Assembly: GCA_030390025.1 (NCBI GenBank)
Contig: CM059432.1
Location: forward strand, 133,674,001-133,738,000
Direction of reading: 5' to 3'
Length of the DNA stretch: 64,000 bases
From: Squalus acanthias
Lineage: Eukaryota
How positions within the stretch are numbered: the first letter of the stretch is position 1; each line of letters begins with the position of its first letter. Below the pieces are notes generated by a model. It did not search any database. It saw only the letters and a list, made by a program, of their open reading frames with translations, and had not been told where the DNA came from. Shown here one piece after another: positions 23,938 through 36,779 of this stretch. The position numbers were made by a program, and so were the translations under genes.

Positions 23938-26900
23938 GGCTGGATTTTGCCATTGTGGGCGGGCTGGGGCATGTCAGGTGGCATTCGTGTCAGGGCCCTG
24001 ACTCCGAAGTGAAGTGGGGAAAAAGTGCGATTTTCCCCTAATTGGGCAATTGATTTCCAGCGTGTGGGAACCCCTGGCCCAGTGAGTCTTTCATACAGAA
24101 AGACATCTCGGTGACGTCATCAATGCTGCTGGCTCTAAGGCCTGCAAGCAGCCTTGCTTCCTCTGGAGACTGCAAACTTTATGGCCATTGTAGTAAGCAA
24201 TTCACTGATCGACTATGTCCACCAGTAGACCAAAGTGTGCTCCACGCTTCGATGAGCCCTCCCTCCAAGCTCTGGTGGAGAGAGCAAGATCTAATAAAGA
24301 GGTGCTGTTCCCTTCCTCAGGGAGAAAAAAGCCTCCCCAGCAGACTAAAGCTGTGTGGCTGCAAGTGGCCCAGGAGGTCAACTCATCTCGATGAGCTGCA
24401 GAACCTGGCTGCAATGCAGGAAGAGGTTTCATAACCTTCTCCGCACAGGAAAAGTGAGTATGACTTTCCCATCACCCTCAATCCGATCCCCATCGCCTTT
24501 CCTCAGCAGCACTCTGCTTTGCCAACCTCTTCCTCCACATCCCACTTGACACTGACATCCCTGCACCCTTACCCATTCCCTCTCTCTCTATGGTCACATT
24601 CACTTAACTATTCGACTATGCAGCCCTCACACTCCCTATCACTGTGATGCAATGACAACAACTTACAACACACACGGAGGGCCCTTTGTCTCCTTCTAAG
24701 CATCTATGCTATGGATTCTCTACATTCACTCATTCATTCTCACTCAAACTCCACTTGTGTCCCTCATTGCAGGAAAAGAGAGCCCACAATAAGAGGGAAA
24801 GAGCCATGACAGGAGGAGGGCCACCCGCAGTAGCCCAGCTCACCACCTCGGAGGAGGCGGCCCTGGAAATCGATGGGATCAAGGATGATTCCCAAGTGGG
24901 GGATGGACAGACGGGCGCATCACAGCAAGCTGGTGACAGAATAGTTTGGCATCTCTCTCTCATTGACATTGCATGAGTCACTGATAATGATTCTGATGCT
25001 CTAACAGATTGACTTATGATCATCTACACTATTCAATGTGCATGTAACCTTGACCTCACATCTCTAACTCTTTCCTTTACTCCCCCACAGGACCATCGAA
25101 AGCCCCCGTCCCCACTGTCCAGGAGGAACAGCCTGAGCCTCCAGACTCCTCAGAGGAAACTGCAACCTCTGAGGGCGCAGCATCAGCAGAATTCAGCGCA
25201 CCCTGCACCAGCGCAGACACTCACACCTCGGTGGGACCTTCGCGAGATAGAGTAGTGTTGTCACCTGGTGTATCACAGCTCACAAGTAAGCATCAGCAGA
25301 TGGTGGAGACAGGGACAGCAGTGGAGAGTACTCATCGGAGGGCGCAGGACTCTGCCAGCTCGGCTCAGCTGCATGTCAACCCTTTGCCTCCGGGTCCATC
25401 CAGAAGGAGAGTGGTGCAGGAACTCCAGGAACAGGTACAGGAGTCTCTGGCAGGTTTTGTCTCCAGGGTCGCTGCGAGTGTGGAGCAAATGGAGGAGTCC
25501 ATCGCGAACATGAGCAGAGCCTTTGTGGAGGCATTGGCGCATGAACGCATCAAGGATGGCAACCTCCATGGAAAGGTTGGCTACCTCCGTGGTAAGGCTG
25601 GCTACCGTAGAGGAGAGGCTGGCTACGGTAGACGAGAGGATGGCTACGGCCATGGAGGAGCTTAGTCGCTAGGGTGTTGAAAACATGGTCATTGTTCAGA
25701 ATAGAATGACATCTCTTGAGGAGCGATGTTCAGCTATTGAGCATACAAACCAGACCTTCATGGAAGTCCTCTGGAGTAGGACTTCCAGTGCAGAAACGGG
25801 TCCTCATGGCCCCCCTGCAGTGCAGCAAGGTGCTGTCAAGCCACTTGCTAGCTCTGAAGTGGGGCTGACCCATGAGAGGGATGTTGGTGGCAGACAACAA
25901 GGAAGTGGGGGCTCCTCTCCAAGCGCTCACATGACCATGCCACTGCAGAGCCCTCGGTCAGAGCCCTACCAGAGACCTCACCCAACTGAGATGGGCGTCT
26001 CAGACCCTGCACAGCCACAGGAGCAGCAGACTGATGCCGAGCCCTCACAGGTTCTCAACCCCAGAGGACGCCCGCCAAAGGTGTCGAGACAAGAGCAGCA
26101 AGAAAGTGAGCAAGGGGCCACCACATCTGCTGAAGCCAAAGGGGAAGCACCACGTAGGAGCACACATAAGAGGAAGATAAAGCACAAGTAGTCACAAGGG
26201 TAGTCACTTGGGTGTTGTGATGTATTGTTTTTTGACCAGCCATCCTTGTCATGGTATCATAAACAGATTTGATGGCAAACTGTTGAAGTTGTGGCCTGCG
26301 TCATTTTGCAAATGGGACTTCCACATTGAGGGCTTAGGGCGACTTGCAATTATCAGTATGGTGGTCAGAGTAATAGGAATCCGTAGGTTCTTGTCCATTG
26401 TCGATGGTCTGGTAAGAAGGTGCGAGGCAAAAGTGTCTGATTGTGCAGGCTAAGCAAATCTGGCCAACATGAGTGTGTCCCTTGCATCCTGGCCAGCAAT
26501 GTGGTCGCGCGCTGGTGCCTTCTCGCCTGTGCAGCTTCAGGTGGGTGAGCAGCAGCTTGGCGCTCCTGTTGTTGTTGCTGCTGCTGCTGTTGCTCATGGG
26601 TCTGCTGCTGCCGCGGCTGGTCTTCATCCGAATCTGATGTCCAGGAGGAAAGGAATTAAATGGTCGCCATGCTTCTGCTATATGCCTCAGTTGAGGAAGC
26701 GCTCAGTCAAGGTGGGGAGAGGGATTTCCCAGCAGGTCACACTGGAGATGGGTGTCAGGCGCCAAACTTCCACAACAATGAGTATGCCTGCTAAAAGCTC
26801 CCCCTGACCTGAGACAACAAAGTTCTGCCACCTGCAAATGATCATTGGTGAAAACTCCTTTTTAATGGTGGAGCTGCAGCTGTTAGTAAGCAATCCAATG

Positions 26901-27200
26901 GTGAGGCTGCCAGCATTAACTGGCGTGTTCCAGAGGAGGCGTGTAGGATGGGGGAAAAGTCTAAAAATCAGAAAGGCCTCTCAAAATGGGATTATAGAGG
27001 CAATTAAATGGTTGTTAAGGGCCTTAAGGGGCTATCCCACCTCTTGGAGGCAGGATAGAAATGGGTTCTGAAAACACAAATGTGGGAAAATTGCTCGGAG
27101 GTGGGATGGAGGCGGGATCGGGCTCGGCCGCCATTTTTTTGTGATTTTGATAACTCACAGGCCTCCAAACCCGCCTCCTCGGGCCTGGTAAAATCGAGCC
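23938..27200 (+). mobile_element. Non-autonomous PIF/Harbinger element (~3.26 kb) retaining a degenerate Myb/SANT gene
   Basis: TIRs ggctggattttgcca and tggtaaaatcgagcc. TSD GAG at 23935-23937 and 27201-27203. Spliced Myb gene with exons ending 24453, at 24773-24933 and at ~25091-26191. No DDE core recognisable. Confidence 0.85.
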
Positions 27201-27431
27201 GAGTGTCTCTGTTTCCACCACTTCCGTCGGCAGCGAGTTCCAGGTCCTCACCACTCGCTGCGTATAATAGTTTTTCCTCACATCCCCCCTGTATCTCTTG
27301 CCCAAAACCTTCAATCTGTGTCCCCTGGTCCTTGTACCATCAACTAGTGGGAACAGCCTTTCCCCATCTAGCCTATCCAAACCCGTCATAATCTTGTACA
27401 CCTCTATCAAATCACCCCTCAACCTCCTTTG

Positions 27432-28548
27432 GATTAACGATTTGGAGGAAGGGACCAAGTGTAACATATCAAAATTTGCAGATGATACTAAGATGGGAGG
27501 GAAAGTAGTGAGTGAGGAGGACATAAAAAACCTGCAAGGGGACATAGACAGGCTAAGTAAGTGGGCAGAGATTTGGCAGATGGAATACAACACTGGAAAG
27601 TGTGAGGTGATGCACTTTGGCAGGAAAAATCCTAGAGCAATTTATTATCTTAATGGCAAGAAACTGGAGAGTACTGAAGTGCAAAGGGATCTGGGGGTCC
27701 TGGTGCACAAAACTCAAAAGGTTAGTATGCAGGTGCAGCAAGTGATTAAGAAGGCAAATGGAATGTTGGCTTTCATTGCTAGGGGGATAGAATATAAAAA
27801 TAGGGAGGTATTGCTTCAGTTGTACAAGGTATTGGTGAGACCGCACCTGGAATACTGCATACAGTTTTGGTGTCCTTACTTAAGGAAAGACATCCTTGCT
27901 CTCGAGGCAGTGCAAAAAAGGTTCACTCGGTTAATCCCGGGGATGAGGGGGTGGTCATATGAGGAGAGGTTGGGTAGATTGGGACTCTACTCATTGGAGT
28001 TCAGAAGAATGAGAGGCGATCTTATTGAAACATATAAGATTGTGAAGGGGTTGGATCGGGTGGATGCGGGGAGGATGTTCCCGATGACGGGTGAGACGAG
28101 AACTAGGGGACATAGTCTTAGAATAAGGGGCTGCTCTTTCAAAACTGAGATGAGGAGGAACTACTTCACTCAGAGGGTGGTAGGTCCATGGAATATGCTG
28201 CCACAAAAAGCTGTAGAAGCTACAACATTAATTAAATTTAAAACAGAAATAGACAGTTTCCTAGAAGTAAAGGGCATTAAGGGTTACGGGGAGCGGGCAG
28301 GAATTTGGACATGAGTCTAGGTTCGGATCGGTCATGGCCCTGTGGGTAGTGGAGCGGGCCCAGGGACTGTGTAGCCTGATTCTGCTCCTATTTTGTGTGT
28401 GCAATTCTGTTAGATGCAGGAGATGGTTCTGTGATAGATAGTAGATTGGCGGTTAGGATCAGATCAGCCATGATCTTATTGAATGGCGGAGCAGGCTCGA
28501 GGGGCCGATTGGCCTACTCCTGCTCCTATTTCTTATGTTCTTATGTTC
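27432..28548 (+). mobile_element. 5'-truncated CR1 LINE with an open RT C-terminus
   Basis: INDLEEG...KFADDTK...LVRPHLEYC...TRGHSL open to the stop at 28314. Tail (ttcttatg)n. Splits the minus-strand CR1. Confidence 0.92.
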
Positions 28549-31500
28549 TTTGCTCTAATGAAAGCAAATCCAGCTTCTCCAACCTGTCCTTGTAGGTAAT
28601 GTCCCCATACCCAGAACCATTCTGGTAAATCTCCTCTGCACCCTCTCAAGGGCCTTTACATCCTTCCTAAAGTGTGGTGACCAGAACTGGATGCAATACT
28701 CCAGTTGTGGCCTAATCAGCGTTTTATAAAGGTTCAGCATAACTTCTCTACTTTTGTACTCAATACCTCTATTTATGAAGCCCAAGATCCCATATGCTTT
28801 ATAACCACTCTCTCAATATGTCCTGCCACCTTCAGGGACCTATGCACATTAACTCCCAGATCCCTCTGTCCCTGCACGCTCTTTAAAACTGTGCCATTAA
28901 GTGTATATTGCCTCTCCCTGTTCCTTCTGCCAAAATGCATCACCTCACATTTCTCTGTATTAAATTCCATCTGCCACTTGTCTGCCCATTCTGCTAGCCT
29001 TTCTATGTCCTGCAGCAGTCGATCGATATCATCATCACTGTTTGCCACCCCCGCCAAGTTTGGTGTCATCGTCAAATTTAGAAATTCTACTTTGTATTCC
29101 AATATCCAGGTCATTTATCAAAAAAAGCAGTGGCCCCAGCACTGACCCTTGGGGAACACCACTGTCTACCATCCTCCAGTCTGAAAAACAGCCATTTACC
29201 ACAACTTGCTGTTTTCTATCCTTAAGCCAATTCCTTATCCAAGTTGCCACTGACCTACCTATTCCATGAACCTCAATTTTGTTAACCAGCCTTCTATGTG
29301 GTACTTTGTCAAACGCCTTCCAAAAATTCATGTAGACAACATCCATTGCATTCCCTTCATCAATCCTCCCTGTTACTTCGTCAAAAAATTCAATTAGATT
29401 AGTCAAACACGATCTGCCTTTTACAAATCCGTGTTGGCTCTCCTTAATTAGCTTAAATCTCTCCAGGTGCCCATTAATTTTTTTCTTGATTATTGTTTCT
29501 AAAACTTTACCCACCACTGATGTTAAACTGACTGGCCTGCAGTTACTAGGATTGTCCTTACACCCTTTCTTGAACAATGGTGTCACATTTGCCACTTTCC
29601 AATCCTCAGGCACCTCCCCTGCATCTAGGGAAGATTGGAAAATTATGGCAAATGTTTCCACTATCTCCTCCCCCAATTTCCTTAGCAACCTGGGAAGCAA
29701 GCCATCTGGTCCAGGTGCCTTATCCACTCTAAGCATCCCAGCCTTTCTAGTACATCCTGTTTATCAATTTTCACCCCTTCCATTGCTTCTACCTTTTCCA
29801 CTTCTACCAATATTTTGTCAGCATCCACCTAGTCAGTAAACACTGATACAAAGTACTCATTGAGTATTCTAGCCTTGCCCTGCGCCTCTAAGCATATATC
29901 ACCTTCTTTGTCCCTAATAGGCCCCACCCTACCTCTTACTACCCACTTACTGTTTACATGCCAGTAGAAGATTTTTGGGTTCCCTTTTATGTTAACCACC
30001 ATTCTACTCTCAAATTCTCTCTTTGCCAATCTTATTTTCATCTTCACTTCCCCTCTCAACTTAATGTATTTGGTCTGGTTCTCCTTTGAAGAATTCACCT
30101 GACATGCATCATACACCCTCTTTTTTTGTTTCATCATCTTCTCTATCTCCCTCGTCATCCAAGGAGCCCTTGCTTTGGTTCCCTTACCCTTCCCACTTAT
30201 TGGAATGTACCTAGCCTGGACTTGGAACATCTCCCGTTGTTCCGTTACAGGTTTTCCTGTCAGTCTTTGGTTCCATTTTACCCTGGTTAGATCCTTTTGC
30301 ATCTCATTGAAGTTAGCCCTATTCCAGTTTAGAAGTTCCACTCTAGATTGTTCCTTGCTCCTCTCCATTACTAATCTAAATCTTATGATGTGATGATGAC
30401 TCGTACCCAAGTGTTCTCCCACAGACTATTGGTCGACCTGGCCCACCTCATTCCCCAGCACCAGATCCAGCAATGCCTCCTTCCTAGTTGGGCCAAGAAC
30501 ATACTGGTCGAGGAAATTCTCCTGAACACATTTCAGAAATTCCTCCCCCTCCTTTCCCTTACCCTAGCATTATCCCAATCGATATTTGGGTAATTAAAGT
30601 CCCCCAATATCACCACTCTATAGCTCTTGCATATCTCAGCGATCTCTCTGCAGATTTGCTCCTCTACCTCCCCCTCACTATTTGGAGGCCTTTGGAATAC
30701 CCCCAATAGCGTGATCATACCCTTTTTGGTCCTCAACTCTAACCAAATGGATTCTGTCCTTGTCCCCTTAAGAACATCCTCCCTTTTCAACACTACAATG
30801 TCTTCCTTAATCAGCACTGCCACCCACCTCCCTTTTTTCCTTCCCTATCTTTTCTGAACACCTTGTACCCTTGAATATTAAGTGCCCAGTCCTCACCACT
30901 TTTAAGCCACATTTCAATTATTGCCACACGGCTAATTGTGCTTGTAGCTCACTAACCTTATTCACTACACTTTGTGCGTTTACGTACATGCATTCTAAAC
31001 CCATTGTTGAATTTTTCGTAGTCTTTCTTAGTCTGCTCCTATCTAATATGGTACTACTTCTGCCTCTAGTACTTCTTTCTTCTCTAGTACTATCCAACAC
31101 ACTCACTCTTTTATGCACCTTATTCCTCCTTTTTACTCCTATATGCTGGTGCCCATTCCCCTGCCAAGCTAGTTTAAATCCTTCCCAACAGCACTAGCAA
31201 ACCCCCCTGCGAGGATGTTGGTCCCGTTTCTGCCGAGGTGTAACCCATCCAGCTTGTACAGGTCCCACCTTCCCCAGAAACCGTCCCAATGCCTCAGGAA
31301 TTTAAAGCCCTCCCTCCTGCACCATCTCTCCAGCCACGCATTTATCTGTTCTATCCTCCTATTCCTGTACTCACTAGCACGTGGCACCGGGAGTAATCCG
31401 CTGATTACTACCTTTGAGGTCCTGCTTTTTAATCTCTTTCCTAGCTCCCTATAGTCTGCCTGCAGGACTTAATCCCTCTTTCTGCCTATGTCGTTGGTAC

Positions 31501-32326
31501 CGATATGGACAACAGCCTCTGGCTGTTCACCCTCCCCCCTCAGAGTGTCCTGCAGCCGTTCAGTGACATCCTTGACCCTGGCACCAGGGAGGCAACATAC
31601 CGTCCTGGAGTCACGTCTGCGGCCACAGAAACACCTCTCTGTTCCCCTGACTATTGAATCCCCTATCACTATTGCTCTTCCACTCTTCTTCCTCCCCCCC
31701 TGTGCAGCTGAGCCACCCATGGTGCCGTGGCCTTGGCTCTGGTTGCTCTTCCCAGAGGAACCATCACCCCCACCAGTTTCCAGAACTGTGAACCGGTTAG
31801 CGAGCGAGATGCACTCTGGGGATTTCTGCCCTACCTGCCTGGTCCTCCTTCTCTGTCTGGGGGTCACCCATTCCCTCTCTACCTGCACATTCGGAGGCTG
31901 TGCGGTGACCACTTCTAGAAACATGCTTTCCAAGTATTTCTCAGCCTCGCGGATGCACTGTAGTGACTCCAGCTGCCGCTCAAGCTCCAAAACCTGGAGC
32001 TCGAGTTGCTGCATTTGGCGACACTTCCTGTATACGTGGTCGTCCAGGCCGCAAGAAGCATCCAGGATTTCCCACATGGCTCAGGATGTGCAAATCACAG
32101 GACTGAGCTGCCCTGCCATACCAGACTATGGAGGTAATTTAGCAGAGATAAAATTAAAACTTAACAAGAAACACTCAACATCTACCCACCAATCAGCACT
32201 TCCCTCTATTAGATAGGCTATGAACTACTTAGCAGAAATATACTCAAAACAGAACAAAAAAAACTTACCACAAATACTCACCCTGTACTCACCTTTGTGA
32301 TTTGTTTTTTCTCTCGGTTTGTTGTT

Positions 32327-32819
32327 CAGCCGCTCCGCTCCCGCTCTTTGTAAACAGCCGCTCCGCTCCCGCTCTTTGTAAACAGCCGCTCCGCTCCCGC
32401 TCTTTGTAAACAGCCGCTCCACTCCCGCTCTTTGTAAACAGCCGCTCCACTCTGCTCCCGCTCTTTGTAAACAGCCGCTCCGCTCCCGCTCTTTGTAAAC
32501 AGCCGCTCCGCTCCCGCTCTTTGTAAACAGCCGCTCCACTCCCGCTCTTTGTAAACAGCCGCTCCACTCTGCTCCCGCTCTTTGTAAACAGCCGCTCCGC
32601 TCCCGCTCTTTGTAAACAGCCGCTCCGCTCCCGCTCTTTGTAAACAGCCGCTCCGCTCCCGCTCTTTGTAAACAGCCGCTCCGCTCCCGCTCTTTGTAAA
32701 CAGCCGCTCCGCTCCCGCTCTTTGTAAACAGCCGCTCCGCTCCCGCTCTTTGTAAACAGCCGCTCCGCTCCCGCTCTTTGTAAACAGCTGCTCCACTCTG
32801 CTCCCGCTCTTTGTAAACA
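32327..32819. repeat. Tandem array of 17 units (28 bp, three 33-bp variants) at the CR1 5' end
   Basis: Unit cagccgctccgctcccgctctttgtaaa. I count 17 GTAAACA occurrences. Confidence 0.95.
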
Positions 32820-32845
32820 TTGTGGTCAGACATGACCTGCCATTC

Positions 32846-33130
32846 ATAGAAACATAGAAACATAGAATCTAGGAGCAGGAGTAGGCCATTCGGCCCGTCG
32901 AGCCTGCACCACCATTCAATACGATCATGGCTGATCATTCAAATCCAGTACCCTGTCCCTGCTTTAATCCCCACAGTACACATATCCCACCTGACCCCCG
33001 TAACCTCACGTATTTAATTCCCCCTAACATATCCCATCCTATCCCCATAACCCCACATATTTAATCCCCCCCTAACACTAAGGGTCAATTTATCATAGTC
33101 AAATCAACCTAACCCGCACATTTTTGGACT
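32846..33130 (-). mobile_element. HE1-type SINE 3' fragment with a CR1-like tail
   Basis: Reverse complement of 53690-53780-type sequence, plus an (agaaacat)n tail. Confidence 0.65.
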
Positions 33131-33530
33131 ATGCTGTCTCTTGATCAGCTGATACTTATCCAAGTAATGAGTCACTGTTTCTGATGATAGATTCCAGTAA
33201 CTTCCCCACAATTGATGTTAAGCTGACTGCTCTTTTATTACCTGGTTTCTCTGTCCCTCCCTTCTTAAATAATGGAGTGACATTTGCAATTTTCCAATCC
33301 AAAGGCACAATTTCTGAATCTGGAGAGCTTTGGAAAATTATGACTAACACATCTGAAATTTCCTCACCTAATTCTTTTAATACCATTGAGTAGAAACCGT
33401 CAGGTCCTGGAGATCTGTTTATCTTAAGTCCCATTATTTTCTCCTTTACTATTATTTTACTTAAATCCTTTTCCTCCACTGTCAAAACATATACAAAGTA
33501 CTCATTGAACAAATCTGCCTTTTTCTTATT
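33131..33530 (-). mobile_element. Old CR1 ORF2 fragment
   Basis: Minus strand reads SPGPDGF...[14 protein letters not shown]...VSLTSIVGKLLE. Confidence 0.85.
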
Positions 33531-34204
33531 GGCAATTACTTTTTACTTGAGAACACATACCAATACACATAAAACTGTCAAGAATTCCATGATTGCACTA
33601 GCATTAAGTACTATGGCCTATATACAATTTGTATTCATTCTCATGGAATGACCAGTGCTAGGGTCATTTTTTTTATAAACAAGGGTAATGCACATTTAAG
33701 AAGAACAGTCTATATTTCAGATTTTTTTCAGAAGGTTGGATTGGGTAAGCCCTAATTCAAATATTTGTTGCATCTTACCATTATAATGATAAGAATTCAT
33801 CAACCAAATACTTAATAACATTTTAATTTGAATTAAATGATCATGTCTTGTGTTTGTTTAGCCATTATTAAATTTCTGAGCAATTCATCATTATTACATG
33901 CAAGATAACTTCACACTGATAATTATGATATGCCTCCTTATAGCTACACTTAAGGCTTTAAACACAGGGAGCAAAAGTAAATGAGAAAATGAAGTAGCAT
34001 TTAGCAGTCAGGTGGAAAGATTGGTCAGATGAATTATACATCATACATCTTTCCAAAAAGTCATGTGGTCTCCAATACAGGGCTCAATGCATCCTTTCTA
34101 CATGGCATCATAGGGAATGTTCTGTGAAACTACTATCAAAGACACAGTACACAATGGTATCTTTTAGAATGAATTGGACACATACATCAGACGAGGTTAC
34201 TAAC

Positions 34205-34436
34205 CTTGTGTTGAAACAGAGGACCATCCGCAGTTAGACTGCAGACTGAGACATCTTATATCAGACTGCTGAGTACTAGCTACCTTTAGGCCAGTGTTGG
34301 TGCCCAGGATGTTCTCATTGGTCTCATTCTTTCCAGAGGCGTAAGAGCATTCAGGAGAGCTGAGAAAGTGCGGAGGAAGCTGGAGTTCGACTGCATACTC
34401 CTTCTGTCCAACAAGAGATTTGGGGAGCTTTATTAC
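34205..34436 (-). CDS. OFCC1: OFCC1 internal coding exon (phase 0 to 1)
   Basis: Acceptor ttctttcacag and donor aag|GTTAGT. 232 nt with only one open frame: VIKLPKSLVGQKEYAVELQLPPHFLSSPECSY...WSSVSTQ. Continues the recalled LYFQ|VIKLP junction. Confidence 0.85.
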
Positions 34437-34679
34437 CTGTGAAAGAATTTAAAATCAAAGCTTTCCTTCTGAAAGTTTACCATATGCGCTTTAATTTTTT
34501 TTTCTGTTTACGCCCCTGTGAAGCCCCTTGGGACATTTTTCTATATTGAAGGCGCTATATAAATGCACATAGTTGTTGTTGGTGCAACTGAAGAAAAAAT
34601 ATATTGAAATGTATCAACTATACTATAATAGTTGCAGGAAAACTTAATAGAATAGCATTATATATATATATAGATAAAT

Positions 34680-34960
34680 AAAAATCTTAATGTCTGCCAA
34701 TTTTTACCATTATAAATTCCTCTGTCTTAATATATAATGGAAACTGGCTGTGTAAAACTTGTCAGGCTGTAATTACACCCTCCCACAAGTGGAGGTGCTG
34801 CAGTGGAGGTCATTATAACCTGGCAAGTTTACAGAGAAAGTTTCCATTATAAATATGGACATAGGAATTTATCATCGGAAAGTTAAAGTCTGACAAAAAC
34901 GTGACAACAGGAAGTAAGGTTTTGCAGACAGGAATTGCATGCAGGTGTAATATTTTAAAT
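34680..34960. repeat. Old imperfect palindromic repeat
   Basis: ccattataaattcct...aatggaaact pairs with agtttccattataaat...aggaatttat. Related to 6090-6455. Confidence 0.5.
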
Positions 34961-35559
34961 ATTATTACTATCAGGACAGTTTAAAAATCAGATTACTATT
35001 ACTATAAAGATAAATTAAAGAGTAAGGAAGCAACTGGTAATTGTGAGAGAAGTAGAGAAAATTGAAAACGGTAACAATAGATGTTTTAGAATTGAAAGGC
35101 TGCTGGTTGGATGCTCAGTGCTAGTTGCCAGCATCAAGTGTTATTACATTTGTTAGGTTTTGGCCATTTCTATTAAATCAAGCGCACTTGCTATCAAAAG
35201 ATTTTATTGTGAAAAGGGACTGGAGAAATAAATGGTTATCTCACCCCCTTGCTGCTGGCAGATCATGGAACAGTAAGTGAGATGTTGCCTATTAGCACAG
35301 CAGCGGTGCACCGAGAAATGCACAATCGCATGCTGCATTGCAGGCACATGGAAGGGAGCTCCTGCAATCTGTGAGGATCCCCTCGTTGAAATAATTCTGC
35401 GGCACGCCCAGGATTTATTGAGCCCTGCCCTGGGATTCGTGGAGGCCACAGTGTTTGGTACAGTAGCACAAAAGAGCTGCTGTTACATCTTAAAATGGGC
35501 ACTTGCACTTTCAAAGCAAAGAAAGTACAGTCTGTGAAAAGCTGTTCTTGGTTGTTGCT

Positions 35560-36761
35560 GGAAAGATGGTAGAGGACACTGCAAGGCCTTCAGGAGGAGA
35601 GAAGACTCCTGCCTTTACGCACAGAGCCCTGGAAGTAATGCAGCGAGAGGTCAAGCCACAGTTGATATGCAAGCGTAACCTCCTCAGAATAGAGCTGTAT
35701 GGGCTGCAGGGCCAGAGTTGGCAGAGCAGGTGAATGCAATAACAACAACAACAACAACAACTTGCATTTATATACTGCCTTTAACTTAGTAAAAGGTCCC
35801 AAGGCGCTTCACAGGAGCGATTATCAAACAAAATTTGACACCGAGCCACATAAGTAGATATTGGGACAGGTAAACAAAAGCTTGGTCAAAGAGGTAGGTT
35901 TTAAAGAGCGTCTCAAAGGAGGAGAGGTAGCGAGGCGGAGAGGTTTATGCAGAGAATTCCAGAGCTTAGGGCCCAGGCAGCTGAAAACACAGCGACCAAT
36001 GGTGGAGCGATTAAAATCGGGGATGCACAAGAGGCCAGAATTGGAGGAGCGCGGCGATCTCGCAGTGGTGCGGCCTTCACCTGAGACATGCAAGAAGTTT
36101 AACAACATTGATGAAAGTTGCCACGGTAAATGACTGCTGAATGTGCCCATTTCCAACGCTATGGTTCGGCATGGCAGCAACACACCTCAACCAGCTATAT
36201 CCTCACACTGGACACGTGCAGATCCTTCTGAACCCTTTAGCCTTTCTCTAATAATTATAAGGCAACCTATATTCCTGCATGACACAGTCCACCTTTAAGC
36301 ACATTTTTCAGTGATGACGGGTCAGGTCATAAAAGATACTACTAATGCCCACTTCCTGTTTTGGAAGGCAGTGGCCAATTGCATAGCATTGGCAGGACTT
36401 GTGAAATGGTCAGCATTTCACCAATTTCTATGGTTGCACGAAAAGGAATCATCATAACAGTAAAGAGTAGTGAGCAATGTGAAGCCCCTAACCTGCCTGG
36501 AGAAAATGAACATGGAGACCGTGGATCGGCAGTCCACAGAGTTCATTAGAGCGGGTCATGCAAGTGGCCAACCCATATCTCCAAGCTAGCATTTCATTGC
36601 TATTTTTATTTACCTCCATCCATGAATTAGGCAGGGCGTGCTTAACAAGGCCAATCAGGGGAAAATAGTGTCTGTGCGTCGGACGTCGCTGGGGGGCGGG
36701 ACTAGAACCAGGAAAGAAGCAGTCCCGCCCCCAACTCATCTCGGCAGGTAAAATCCAGCCC
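35560..36761 (+). mobile_element. Degenerate Harbinger remnant (Myb fragment and right TIR) interrupted by an L2 fragment
   Basis: Reads KTPAFTHRALEVMQREV and later CKKFNN. Terminus ggtaaaatccagccc. Confidence 0.5.
35738..36062 (-). mobile_element. L2-like LINE 3' fragment
   Basis: Reverse complement of the 6968-7353 family, with a (caa)n tail. Confidence 0.8.
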
Positions 36762-36779
36762 TGAGAAACTATTTCCTCT

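Larger units (their letters stand above)
23769..32820 (-). mobile_element. Near-full-length inactivated CR1 LINE (ORF1 esterase, ORF2 APE-RT) carrying two nested insertions
   Basis: ORF1 motifs AIVIGDSIVRG, VVHIGTNDIG and DGLHL (31169-32119). APE motifs GDFNYPNIDW and GTSHH. RT motifs [15 protein letters not shown] and [11 protein letters not shown]. The 3' end continues at 27201-27431 and 23769-23937. Multiple frameshifts and stops. Confidence 0.9.

Noticed and set aside
27298..28314. 338-aa ORF as a host gene
   Set aside because: It is a chimera of an antisense CR1 fragment and a 5'-truncated CR1 RT C-terminus.
32327..32819. CRISPR-like array of 28-bp repeats, and ORFs 32225-32938 and 32326-32847
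   Set aside because: The units are contiguous with no unique spacers, there are no cas genes, and the context is eukaryotic. The ORFs only reflect a stop-free repeat.
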